Of a DNA stretch of 64,000 nucleotides, positions 12,527-25,235 are shown piece by piece (position 1 is the first letter of the stretch; every line of letters starts with the position of its first letter). The stretch lies in NCBI GenBank assembly GCA_951406725.2, contig OX597815.1, positions 56,172,001 through 56,236,000 on the forward strand. The letters run 5' to 3'. A program made the position numbers and the translations under genes. The notes below the pieces were generated by a model, which was given only the letters and a program-made list of their open reading frames with translations, was not told the origin of the DNA and searched no databases. The DNA comes from Octopus vulgaris. Taxonomy: Eukaryota.

Positions 12527-14361
12527 GGCTACCATGGCTTGGCAACTGGAGTTGGTTTGTATAAATAAATTTCTGGAGTCGATCGTCTGAACCCTGCAAT
12601 GCGGTGCACCAGCACAGCCGCATTCTAATGGCTGAAACAAGAAAAGATAAAATATAAATGATGTGCACACACACACACACACACACCCTATAGAGTCATG
12701 CACGTAGGTCTATATTTTACATTACTTTTAATTTAGCGCATTTCGCTACAAATTTTTTTCTGAATTAAAAATTACATCGATTGTATACAAAAAACTATAT
12801 TTTAAAGTCACCCCCCTCTCCTCCCTCTCTCTCTCTGTATCTATCAATCTATCTATCTACCTTTCACAGTGTATATGTGTGTGTGTGCGTATATACATAC
12901 ACTTTATATGAGAAATACATATACACACGTCTCCTCTCATTCTCTCCTTCCTCTTTCCATCACTCACTAGCCTCATTACTTCGAATTCTCCCTTCGTGTT
13001 TTGTATTTCTCGAGCTACTGTTTAACTGTCACGTGTAGCCTGCTGTGACAGTCGATGGTGGATGGATGGATGAAGGTAGGATGAGATGTGAAGAAGTGGT
13101 ATGAGATTCGCTTAGAATAGAGAGAGAGTAGCAACAAAATTATGAATTTTCTGACGTCACACTAATATGGAATAGACCTTTTCGTTTTGTCATTGGAATA
13201 GCGGACACCCACGCTGTGACGTTATTTTATTTTGGCAAGGAACTTCCTTTCTTTTGACGTCAATTACCATATTAGGTATTGGAATTCCTTCACTGAGAGA
13301 AAACTACGAAGCTTCGTCGTTTTTGTAGGAGGTACTTTCTCGAAAGTTTGCTACGCATGCTCAACTGTGCTCGAAAGTCAAACGACTTGTTGCTTTCTTC
13401 AGTCGAGGAAGAAATGGCAGCCTAATAATTTCACATACATATGTGTTTTTGTTTTCGTTTTTTATTTTCATTTTCACGAATGTTTTCCAACTGTGATAGT
13501 CGAACGAAACATGTAACATCTTGTTATTTATTAGGCCTTATTTCTTTTTAAAGATACATTTTGAAATCTACATATATAGTAATTAATCATTCAATGGTTT
13601 CCTAGTGGTGGCGAAAGCGCGCGTATGTTTAGCCATCATCATTATTATTATCACCACTACCACCGCCATCATTATCATCATCATCATCATCATCACATGA
13701 CCACTTGACTGTACTGTCTTCACACACACATACACACCCACGATCACCAGAAATTTTTTTTTAATTAATAATCATAATAACAAGATGAATCAATAGACAA
13801 GATTATCAGTATTTTTTTCCCCCCATTAATGTAGCTGAATTGAATGTCACAAATTCACGCATCTCTTGAAACATAACGTAATTAAAAATTGGAAAACATT
13901 GAAGATGTCAACTAGGTTATCGCCATCTGAAAGTTAATTCTTGTAAGTGAGTAGTCTCTCAATCGACTCCAGTCTGATTATACGGATTTTATTGACTTCG
14001 TTGTATTTATTTTATCGATCATTCCCAGAAAAATAAATCAAGCGCTGTGCATGAATGCTGGTGAAGCAACATTTTAGTTAGGTTCACTATAGTAAGTCTC
14101 TTCAGAAAAATCCCCAAACCTTCTAGATATCAACTGCTATTTCTATTTAAATGTATTTTCCCACTGACCCCAAGATTTCAAAAAGTCTATTAGCTCACGT
14201 AACCACAGTACTACCATCGTATGTATGTATGCATGCATGTATGTATGTATGTATGTATGTATGTATGTATGTATGGATGGATGGATGGATGGATGGATGG
14301 ATGGTGTGTGTGTGTATCTACGTACGTATGTATGTATGCATGCATGTATGTATGAATGTAT

Positions 14362-14695
14362 GTCATTAATCAGTTTATTTCAAGATTCTTGCCAATAGAG
14401 AAAGAACCAGTTTCTAACTTAGATCCAAGGCTCCTTCATTGGAATATCAACATCAACAACAGAGCACTTTTGTTTGTTTGTATGTATGTATGTATGTATG
14501 TATGTATGTGTGTATGTATATATGTATGTATGTATCTGTGTGTGTGTGTGTGTATGTATGTATGGATGGATGGATGGATGGATGTCATTATGCAGTAAAT
14601 TTCAAGAATTCTTGCCTCTAGAGAAAGAACTGGTTTCTAACTTAGATCCAAGGCTACTTCATTGGAATTTCAACATCAACAACAGGGTATTTTTG
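14362..14695. repeat. Two ~110-bp direct repeats separated by microsatellite
   Basis: TTTCTAACTTAGATCCAAGGCT.CTTCATTGGAAT.TCAACATCAACAACAG occurs at ~14412 and ~14635. Confidence 0.85.
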
Positions 14696-14781
14696 TATGT
14701 ATGTATGTATATGTGCAGATTTGTATGTTTTATGTATGTATTCTCATGCATATAATTGCATATCTAGACATGCTCATATAT

Positions 14782-17204
14782 ATTTAAATGATAAACTTCT
14801 GGAAAGTTTTACAGATTTTTACAGTTTCATTGATGGATTGGCTCTGTAGTCTTCAAATTAGCTTTCTCCTTTCTGGTTTTGAGAAGCCTAATTTAACAAG
14901 ATTGGTATTTAGGTAGTATGTTACATACCCCAGGGCCCCAATAATTACAGGTATAAACCTGAACTTGTAACCTGGATAGAGTAACTGCAGACTTCTCAAT
15001 AGTTCAGCATAGGTGTTCTCATTTTCATTGATCTTCTGCTTTATGTTAACATCCACTGGGCAGTTAATTTCCACTGCTATGCACGATTTCTCTTCTCTAT
15101 CCCAAATCATTATAACAGGTCTGTTATGCTTACATTTTATTGAGGTCTTCACTGGTACATTCCACCAGTATTCCTTTTTATTGTGAGTGGCTATGGCTTC
15201 TACCATATTGTGGGTTCTTATTTCTTTGTCCTCGGTATTATTCTTCTAATGAATTTTATTATAGAGTGTCCTAGCTACAACATCATGTGTCATCAGTAGA
15301 TAATACCGTGATGACATTTTCAGACAACTGCTTATGATGTGGGTGATATCTTCAGTGTGAACTCCACTGAGTCTGCATTGGTTGTCACACTTTACTGCTT
15401 TACCTGCATCTCTATCCCTTTTGTGCATCAGGTACTTGGTTGGTATTTCCTGTTCTTGGATTGCAAATGCATACCCTTCAAAGTAGGAGGTAGTAATCCG
15501 GTTATTGGTCCATGATAAACTGCTTTAATGATTGATGTTACTATCATCACGGAGCTTTCTAGTAACATATCAATGCATAATCTTCTGGTCTTATATGCGC
15601 ATCCTTTCATCTGATGATACGTTGCGGTAGAGTTGTGTGACTTCTTTGGATATGTATTCTAGGTTATCACACAAAGAGAGTTGCTCAAGGAGCTGCCTTC
15701 CAAGTCTTATGATGTTATCAGCATCATGTATGCAAACTTGGTCAAGGGATGCACTTCAACACTTGGTGGTCAAAAGATGTTGCTGAAAGGATATGATGCG
15801 ACATTTAAAAACATTTTGGATCGATGTTAAGCCTCTTCCACCTTGTTTTTGTTTTAGGTAGAGGCAATCTATGTCACTGTTTATATGGAAATTATGTGTG
15901 TTTGTTAGTATTTTTCGGGTTTTCACATCAATGACTCAGATCTCATCATGCATGCAATCAAGCAGCCCAAATGTTGGTATAAGTACTGGCACTGCAAACA
16001 CATTGTGGGCCAGTTTTATTGAATGCTGAGAGTTCTGAGGTCCAAATTTTCTTTATTTGGCAGTAATATTCTTTAGTGACATGTGTTTTAGTGATAGGTG
16101 CCATTGTAAGATATATTTTCATCCACCCCTAGATACCTGTAACATTTCTCATCAGATACAGGGGGAACAGTCAAATCATAAATGGAGATGTTACTAGTCT
16201 GATTTATAGTTTTCCCCCTTTTCACAACCATATGATAACATTTATCCTGACCAAACTCCAATCCTACATCCTATGAGGATGTTGTAACTAGGTCAGGGCT
16301 CTTTTTCATCCCATGCATTTTCTTTGCATAAAGTTTCAAGTCATCCATAAAGAAACGGTGTATAATTTTGGTATTTCTGTTGCCTTGTGAACCAGTGAGA
16401 TATCCTTCAGACTCCTTTAACATGAATGACAAGGGGTTTACAGAAAGTATAAACAGCATCAGAGAGAAGCTGTCTCCTTGGAATATGCCTTTGCGATTTT
16501 GTATTCTATCGGTGATAATACATTCACTCTTTCTATTTAATTTCAAGATAGTGGCCGAAGATGAAGTCAGGTCAGCTATGTCTTTGATTATTCTCACAGG
16601 AACTTTAGAAAGTTGAAGGGCTTCTAGCAATCATGAGTGGGGAACAGAGTCAAAGGTTTTCTTGTAGTCTAGCCACATTGAAACTAGGTTCGTCCTATGC
16701 TCTCACACCTCTGACATCACAGTTTTGTTGATTAACAATTGCTCAGCACATCCCCTGACTCCCTTCTTCCCAGCTGCTTGTTCTTCTGTGATAATGTTAT
16801 TGGTTTCACAATGGTCCTGGAGGAATAGGTTTAAACATGCTGCATATATTTTATACATTAAGTTCTGGCATGCAATTGGCTGGTAGCTTTTTGCCATGTG
16901 GGTGGTCCTGCATTTGGGGATCAATTTTCTCTGCCAGAGCTAACCAGTGTAGTATGCTATTGTTGCCAATAAAAGCTTGCTGGTACAGATTGATAAGATA
17001 TGGTCAGTAGAATGTTAGTTTCTTGTACCAATATCCTACAATCAAGTCTCTTCCAGGAGCTTTTCCATTCTGGAGTTTCTGGATCACTGTTGCAAGAGTT
17101 TCACCATCAATGTTGTATGTCTTGGATGTAATGCAGGAGCAATAACTTTTCGGATTTCTTCCAGTCACAGAGCATCTTGGTTAAATTCATTCTCTTTGTT
17201 CCAA

Positions 17205-17205
<1 letters not shown>
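14782..17205 (-). mobile_element. R4/Dong-like non-LTR retrotransposon with restriction-like endonuclease, decayed and 5'-truncated
   Basis: RT motifs YQPIACQN, KGIFQGDSFSLMLF, FMDDLKLY; CCHC knuckle (CRL...EDITHIISSC) and RP-type RLE motif (HNRPVIMIWD...VEINCP); many stops and frameshifts; microsatellite flanks. Confidence 0.85.
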
Positions 17206-17237
<32 letters not shown>

Positions 17238-17247
17238 TGTATGTATG

Positions 17248-17278
<31 letters not shown>

Positions 17279-17417
17279 GTATGTATGTATGTACGTATGT
17301 ACGTATGTATGTACGTACGTATGTACGTATGTATGTACGTACGTACGTGCGTGCATATGTATGTACACATACATATAAACATACATATAAGCAAATATAT
17401 GTTTATATATTTAGATA

Positions 17418-17735
17418 TGCATGTGGTAAGAAGATCGCTTCCCAACCACATGATTCCAGGTTCAATTCCACTGCGTGACACCTTGGGCCAGTGTCCTCTA
17501 CCATAGCCTCGGGTCGACCAAAGCCTTGTAAATGTATTTGGTAGACGGAAATTGGTTTGTTTACGTCCCCGTAACTTAGCGTTTCGGCAAAAAAGAAACT
17601 GATAGAATAAGTACTATGATTTAAGATTAATAAGTAATGGTGTCGATTTATTTGACTAAAAAAATTTCTTCATCTCAATGCCCCAGCATGGCCACAGTCT
17701 AATGGCCGAAACAAGTAAAATATAGAAGATAAAAG
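17418..17735 (+). mobile_element. tRNA-derived SINE
   Basis: Same family as 23968-24405, with an internal deletion. Confidence 0.8.
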
Positions 17736-19271
17736 ATATATGTATAATGTATGTATATATGTATGTATATATGTTACGTATATATGCAACAACAATGGAC
17801 TAAGAGAAATAACACAGTGGCCAGTGCCCTGTATATGAACAACAAAGTCAAAAAGAGGTATACAGTATATATTTTTGATTTATTAAAAGTATCACCGCTT
17901 TTAGCGTGTGGATCACAATTACTGGAAGGCATTTGAGACTGGTTCCATATAAGAAGGGGAGATAATCTTATGAATGAAGGGTCTTCCAATGCTGACATAC
18001 GTACCATTAAGGAAAAGGAGAGAGCTTTTGTTTGGAAATAAGAAGAGAGCCGTGAACACCAGTTTCTGCCTCAGTGGGCGTCATAAGCACGACAAGTGTC
18101 CTACCTTCCCCACAAAGAGCATACATTCATGGCCTCTCGGCCGTGTAGACTGTTGCAACGTGAAATAAAGCACCTTGCTCAATGACACGACGTGTTGCCC
18201 GATCAAAAAGTCGAACCCACGACCTTATGATTATCAGCAAAGCACCTTAATCATTAAGTTGCGCGCCTTCACACACATATAGAATCAGCGTATCAGTGTG
18301 ACGCAATGAGTGATGAAACTTAGATCTTGGAATTCCAAATATAGTCCAGTCAACAGATTCAGTTTCTACCAGCCAAATTCTCTCACAAGAATTGGGTTGA
18401 CTTGAGCCAATTTTAAAGGGATTTTTCATTTAACAAAGGTATATTTAGTTTCAGTGATAGTGTATTCGCAAAAATTGTCAGCGAATAAAAATTGAATGAT
18501 TGCCTTCAGAAATGAGAACAATAATGATTTCCATCTGTTTAAGGCTGTTCTTAACAACTACTGCATGTCTTTATGCGAACCACTTGTTTATGAAACGTAG
18601 AATACATAAAAGAATCTCAGAAACACATTCACTGCAATGGAAATTTCATGTAGTCTAAACAAATATCTTCATCATCAGAGTGTTTTGCGCGTTTCATGAA
18701 ATCTTATGAATGATTTTTTTTAATTATCAGCACTAGTTCTGATATATCATGAAGGAAAATTTTAGAATAGAAGACTAATTTCTTTTAAAACAATTCTTAA
18801 TTTTGTTTCCTTCTCCCAACTCTTATCAAGTACGTCCGCTTTAAGAGAAAACATCTCGCGTCATCCAGGCAGAAATAAATTTAAATTTTTAAATAATGCC
18901 CACGACAATAAGTTTGGAAAATTAATGCCATTTCAGTTACTGAAAATCATAATCACATGACGAGTATTTTAACCATAGTAAATTGGGAAGAAATATGGTG
19001 TAAGTTAAGTACGGTATTTTGCAGCATGGAACACGCATATTTTTTGTCTATACACACGCACATACACACAACCTTCGAAATTACCATGCGTCTTCCACGG
19101 TGTTATTTGAGAAATTATTGCTGTGATTTTCGTAGGGTTAACTGAAACCAGCCCTTAGAAAAATTTATCCTTTGTAAGACGAATAAAATGAAAAGATCAG
19201 TCCACCAGAAAGAAAAGGAGTATTATATTAAAGATTTCCACTTCCTTTACAGATTCTTCATTAAAAATTAA

Positions 19272-19994
19272 GGATCTTTTCCTTTTGAACGGCACATGTC
19301 AACACAATTTCTAGTTAACTAAACACTTTAAAACTTCGTATACTGGGTAGAATGTGTCAAAATAAAACATTTTTTTCTCTTGGCTTTCTTGATAAAATTG
19401 TAATTCGTTTGTTCAACGTAGTTTACTTTTTCGAATTTTAACCAATGAATTGCCTCTAATTGAGCTAAAATCATTTGCTGCGTCTAAAACCCTAACCCTA
19501 AATTTTTGCCTTTCGTTTTTCTTAATTGTTAAATTAATTTAAGGATAACAATTAAGAAAAAAAAACGTACGGAAAGCGTGTGTATAAAATTATAGAGTTA
19601 TTTTGTTTGTTAATCGTTTAAATTATTTTCCATTGCTTTCGTTTTAGCCTTTGGTTTTTTTTACACGCGTAACAATTAAATTAATTTAACAATTAAATTA
19701 ATTTAACAATTAAGAAAATAAGTTTAGGGTTAGGGTGAGGGTGAGGTTTAGGGTTAGTGACAGGATGTTGTCTCAGTTTTAGACGCAGCAAATGATTTTA
19801 GCTAAATTAGAGGCGATTCATTGGTTAAAATTCGAAAAAGTAAACTACGTTAAACAAACGAATTACGATTTTATCAAGAAAGCCAAGAGAAAAAAATGTT
19901 TTATTTTGACACATTCTACCCAGTATACGAAGTTTTAAAGTGTTTAGTTAACTAGAAATTGTGTTGACATGTGCCGTTCAAAAGGAAAAGATCC
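19272..19994. mobile_element. Long-TIR non-autonomous DNA transposon, Merlin-like
   Basis: ~220-bp near-perfect TIRs starting GGATCTTTTCC; 8-bp TSD AAAATTAA (19264-19271, 19995-20002); a related TIR precedes the Merlin transposase remnant at 50524. Confidence 0.85.
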
Positions 19995-21190
19995 AAAATT
20001 AATATCGTTACATCTAACGACCGATAAACGACTGGCATCGGTTAAGGCCCGTTCACACAATCGATCTTTGCCCATCGATGTGTTCCCAAACATACTGACC
20101 GTTGATAGGTAGTCAGCAGTAGTGGGTTTAGTACGATTACCATGGTGTGTCGCATGATTAATCACAGGGCATATACGAAGATTACAGTGTTATGTACTGC
20201 AATAATATCAAGCATCAAACTATCATGTAGATGGGCATTGTCTGGTGTTTTCGCTCATTGACGAGCATGAGCACTCCGCTGGTTTACTAGCAAATTTTTT
20301 ATCATAAGAAGCATTTAGCTTGTACCCACTAGGCACTTGTAAGTATAAAAATTTTTTTCCCAGAATTACATTTCCAAGATCAGGATGCTTCTTCCACAAT
20401 CCAGCATTTTATCATGTTACAAAACACGGTACCTTTCATTTCGTAATCAAAACATAGAGGATTAAATTCATTAATAGCTTGACTTCGACTCAACAGCATT
20501 CGCTAACGTGAATGATAGTGTATCAATAAATAATGCCTTTAACTTTTGGCACAAAGCCAGCAATTTTTTATGGGAACTGGGGGAGTTGATTACAACAACC
20601 CCTGTGCTCAACAGGTACTCACTTATGTACATAAGTACGGGAACGAAATTTGCTTAGGGATGTATACCCAGATTCAACGCAGGATGTTCAAAGCATTTTC
20701 ATTTCCTCCTACTCCATCAAAAAAATGTTAGAGGGTGCGCTTTCACCCTTGTACCCGCTATTCCCGGGTCTATGCTTATGTTATCGATCCCGAAAGAATG
20801 AAAGGCAAAGTCAATCTCGGTGGCATTTGAACTCACAACGTAAAGTGGGACGAAATGTCGCTAAGCATTTTGGCGCAGAAACGATTTTGTCAGATCGCCG
20901 CCTTCATCCATTAAGTAATAATAAACGTAGATAGCGATATATTGATATTACTTCTATATTCAATACATATATAACGAGATGCGAATTGATATTTTATATT
21001 AACTCTAGATAAGATATTAAGTAGATATATAAAAAGGGGTACGTGCGTGTACATATATACATTCTAGAGAGGCCACTCGTTAGAGAGGCCTTTAGCCAAC
21101 AGGTTTGGGGATTTTATGATACACCATAAAGGCAAGCTCTTTATGGACGTGAAACCTAAGGTAATCCCATAAACCGGCCTTATCTAACAG

Positions 21191-21259
<69 letters not shown>

Positions 21260-21356
21260 ATCCAAACATGAATAAGCAAGAAAAAAACAACAACGCGAGG
21301 ACGTGGAATAAGTACAGTGTTACTGGACGCTCGGGAAAGGAAAGAAAAGAAAGAGG

Positions 21357-21391
21357 ATTTCACGTTTCGAGCGGAGCTCTTCGTCAGAAAT
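21357..21391 (-). ncRNA. Minimal hammerhead-ribozyme-like motif (Penelope type)
   Basis: Minus strand: attt CTGACGA a GAGC tcc GCTC GAAAC GT g aaat; the cleavage triplet reads GUG (non-canonical). Confidence 0.6.
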
Positions 21392-21465
21392 ATAGAAAAA
21401 GTCCAAAGAAGGGAAGACGGAGAAAGAAAATCGCCAACGATATACACGTGGTCCATATTGAAATG

Positions 21466-21533
<68 letters not shown>

Positions 21534-21737
21534 TAGATGCAGCACGGACTTTGTCAGTGAACAGGTCGCGGATTTTAGCGACGAAAATATTTTGACAAAT
21601 TAAACTTAAATGTTGGAGTGAATCGAACGGCTTTTGTGTGTTTCTTAAATGGCTTATAAACACCTTCCACGCTGCAATTGTTTTCGTTTCAGCACACGAT
21701 CTCAGATCAAATTACTTGCTATGCGAGTACATCTCCG

Positions 21738-21795
<58 letters not shown>

Positions 21796-22246
21796 CGCCA
21801 TGCATCCCAACTTATATATATATGTGTGTGTGTGTGTGTAAATATTTCTATGTCTAATTATAATCCTTTCCACTAAAGGTACAAAGCCTGAAATTTAGGG
21901 GAAGGTGAATTTTTGGGGAAGGATTACACTAACTCATGTACTCAGCTGGTACGTATGAAAGCAAGGTCGACCTCGGCAGAATTTGAACTGAGAACGTGAA
22001 GAAGCAGAAAATGCCACTACTCACATTATCCGACGTACTAAAGATTCTGCCAGCTCACCGCCTTATGTTGGGTTATAATAAAAACAATTTAACATTAAAC
22101 TGAAACATCACTCAATAATTTTGTGAAGCACATATTTATTATACTTCTACAAGCAGAGAGGTGAGAGTAACTTCGAAGTTCTAGCACGTTGGCCTTCATC
22201 GAAGGCTAGCAGGACGAAGCCACAATCATCCTTCTTGTAAAGGTAA

Positions 22247-22247
<1 letters not shown>

Positions 22248-22331
<84 letters not shown>

Positions 22332-22340
22332 CAGACAGAC
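22248..22340. repeat. (GATA)n microsatellite
   Basis: Direct inspection. Confidence 0.95.
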
Positions 22341-23322
22341 AAACAAAAATACATAATTACATACAGTACATTTAGTAAATACATTGAAAGAAAAAGAGGA
22401 AAAGAGACAAGGTCGGTGGAAAGTAAGTATGAGTGTGAAAATAAAAAGCAAAAGAGAAAAAAAAGTAGATGGTAGAAAAAAATGACATGAGCTAAGAAAT
22501 AAATTAGAGTAATAAGAAGACACTGAGAAGTGAGAGAAACAGGAGAGAAAATGAATGAAGTAGGAGTAAACGGATTGATTGAAAGACGGAACCAAAGAAG
22601 GACTAAAACAAATTGATTTAAGTGAAAGAGAGAAGAAAATACTCAAGTGAGAGTGCGCGGGAAAATGCGAGGAATAGTGACAAGTAAAGAGAAAATATTA
22701 AATACAGAATAAGAAAGAAGCTAAAGGAATGCGAAGTATAAAATAAAGATGAGATGGAGGAGAGAAGAATGTTAAGAAATGCGAAATCTTGGGAGACTAT
22801 TATCTGTGCCAACAAAAAAAATGTGTTTATTGGCAGTTTCTTGCGTTTGTACACCGTCAGGAGATGAGTTTCCAACATTTCGGACACAAGGAGAATTTTC
22901 TTCGTCTTTCATCCACGAGAGGTTGGATACAGTAAAGAAACATAATGGCAGAGTGTTAGTAGTTGCGCATGCGTCGGAGGGAAGTAGTCGGATGGAGAAG
23001 TTCTTTGGGGAAAATGAAAGATAATTTGGGAAAGAAGTGGAAAAAATAAGAAAGGAGATGGATTAGAACCTGATGTCATGCTTGTTTAAACAAGGAAGTG
23101 AGTGATGTCAGTCACTGCAACAAAAAGTATCTACAAACGGATAGTAGGGGCACGAATAAACACATATGGCGTCACATATTCATACAGCCGACGCAAGTTG
23201 AGGAACCATACATGTTCTCACTTTATCTATTGAGGCATTCTGCGCACGCATTCACTAACATCAAAATAAGGGAAAGATGAAACTGACATTGAAAGATGAG
23301 AAAAATTAAATTAAAATAACGG

Positions 23323-23382
23323 TAGTGGTTAGGATTCCTGGCTTTCACCCAGGTGGCTCAGTTTCGACTCCCGGCATAGGAA
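23323..23382 (+). pseudogene. tRNA-Glu(TTC) pseudogene, 5'-truncated
   Basis: TAGTGGTTAGGATT CCTGG CT TTC AC CCAGG TGGCTCAGTTTCGACTCCCGGCATAGGAA matches animal tRNA-Glu(TTC); 5' acceptor strand missing and T-stem mutated. Confidence 0.8.
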
Positions 23383-23393
23383 CGTTAATATCT

Positions 23394-23735
23394 AGGCGCA
23401 GGCGTAACTGTGTAGTAAGAAGCTTGCTTCCCAATCACGATTCCGGGTTCAGTCCCACTGCGGGGAACCTTCAGGCCGACCAAAGCCTTGTGGGTGAATT
23501 TGGTAACTGGAAACTGAAAGAAGCTTGCCATGTGTGTCTTTGTGACTGTGCTTGTCTCCCACCGGAGTTGGTGTGTTTACGTCCCCGTAGCTTAGCGGTT
23601 CGGCAAAAGATGCCGATAGGATAAGTACCAAGCTTAGCAAAAAATAAGTAGTGGGGTCGATTCGTCTGACTAAAATTCTTCAAGGTGGTTCTCCAGCATT
23701 GGCCGCAATCTAATGACTGAAAAAAAAGGAAAAGA
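23394..23735 (+). mobile_element. tRNA-derived SINE (diverged)
   Basis: Head GGCGCAGG...GGGTTCAGTCCCACTGCG and family tail. Confidence 0.75.
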
Positions 23736-23967
23736 TAAACGATAGAAAATATAGAGATCCACGGGATAGTTCATAAGGAACCACTGGAGAAGAAATGTTC
23801 ATTTAGATTTAGAGTAAATATTAGGTTTTTCTTGTTTAGTAGGGTGTGATACATTTGGTGGGCTTAAATGCTGAATATCGAGAGCTGGTTTATGGAATGG
23901 CGAGCGCACTTGTAAGTAACTGGCTGGTGAGGGAGGGCCAAGAACTTTGTTACTAAAAGGTTGAGAT

Positions 23968-24405
23968 TACTCTTTACTCTTACTCTTTTACTTGTTTCAG
24001 TCATTTGACTGCGGCCATGCTGGAGCACCGCCTTCAGACGAGCAAATCGACCCCGGGACTTATTTTTTGTAAGCCCAGTACTTATTCTATCGGTCTCTTT
24101 TGCCGAACCGCTAAGTGACGGGGACGTAAACACACCAGCATCGGTTGTCAAGCAATGCTAGAGGGACAAACACAGACACACAAACATAAACACACACATA
24201 CACACACATATATCTATATATATATATATATATACATATATACGACAGGCTTCTTTCAGTTTCCGTCTACCAAATCCACTCACAAGGCTTTGGTCGGCCC
24301 GAGGCTATAGCAGAAGACACTTGCCCAAGATGCCACGCAGTGGGACTGAACCCGGAACCATGTGGTTGGTTAGCAAGCTACTTACCACACAGCCACTCCT
24401 GCGCC
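23968..24405 (-). mobile_element. Full-length tRNA-derived SINE with central microsatellite and LINE-like tail
   Basis: Minus strand: GGCGCAGGAGTGGCTGTGTGGTAAG...GGGTTCAGTCCC head; tail GGCGGTGCTCCAGCATGGCCGCAGTCAAATGACTGAAACAAG followed by AAGAGT-type repeats. Confidence 0.9.
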
Positions 24406-25235
24406 AAGATTCTTGTCTTTTTTTTCTGTTTTATTATTTTTTTTTTTCAATGCGCGGAGAGGTGGCTATGGCGTCAGAAAGTAGAAAATTGAAGTTACGG
24501 AAGCGTGTGAATTTCAAAAGGAGGGTTACTATATGAATGCTGCGGCAATTTCAAAATGATCGAAGTGAGTAAAATTATTAAAAAATATATAACGATATTA
24601 TTAAGTGGCTAGCAAGCATAAAATAACCAAATAGGTAAAACAGGAGTCAAACGTCTCAAGAACCACAGAAAATCCCTTATATACACACTGGTGAATTCGA
24701 GGAAATGAGTATATTAAAAAGCCATCTTACCACGGTGGTTCTTGAGCCGTTTCACCCCTATGTCTAGCAATACTGTGTACTATCTTAAACCCTGATTTAT
24801 ATATTAATAATTTTACCTTTTTGGATATTTTATACTTTCTAGCCACTTATTCATTTTTTAATTAATATCTTTATATATTTTTATAATTTTACTCATTTCG
24901 ATCATTTTGAAATTACCGCAGCATTCATATGATCAATACACACATGGTGCCGCGAGTATTTTAGTCCTCGGCATAATACTCACTGACGAAAACTAAGTGT
25001 TTATCACAGGGTCCGATGTCATGTGATATAAGTACGTCTGCAACTCATTTGCGATTTCTACTCGCTATTGGTAAGATGGCTTTTTATATACTCGTTTTCT
25101 TGAATTTGCCAGTGTGTATATAAGTGATTTACTGTGGTTCTGGAGCCGTTTGACTCCTATTTCTAGCAATACTGTGTATCCTGATTATGAATGTGTGTGT
25201 GCGTGTGTGCGCGCGCGTCTGTGTGTGTGTGTGTA

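Noticed and set aside
20045-20420. GGCCCGTTCACAC after TAA (Harbinger-like TIR) and a short Cys-containing minus-strand frame
   Set aside because: No matching second TIR, splice evidence or recognisable domain.
22171-22205. Degenerate hammerhead-like sequence (also 10681-10712, 14405-14442, 56944-56980)
   Set aside because: Core nucleotides are mutated and the stems are not convincing enough to call.
22206-22887. Hydrophobic minus-strand ORFs resembling membrane proteins
   Set aside because: Artefact of purine-rich low-complexity DNA.
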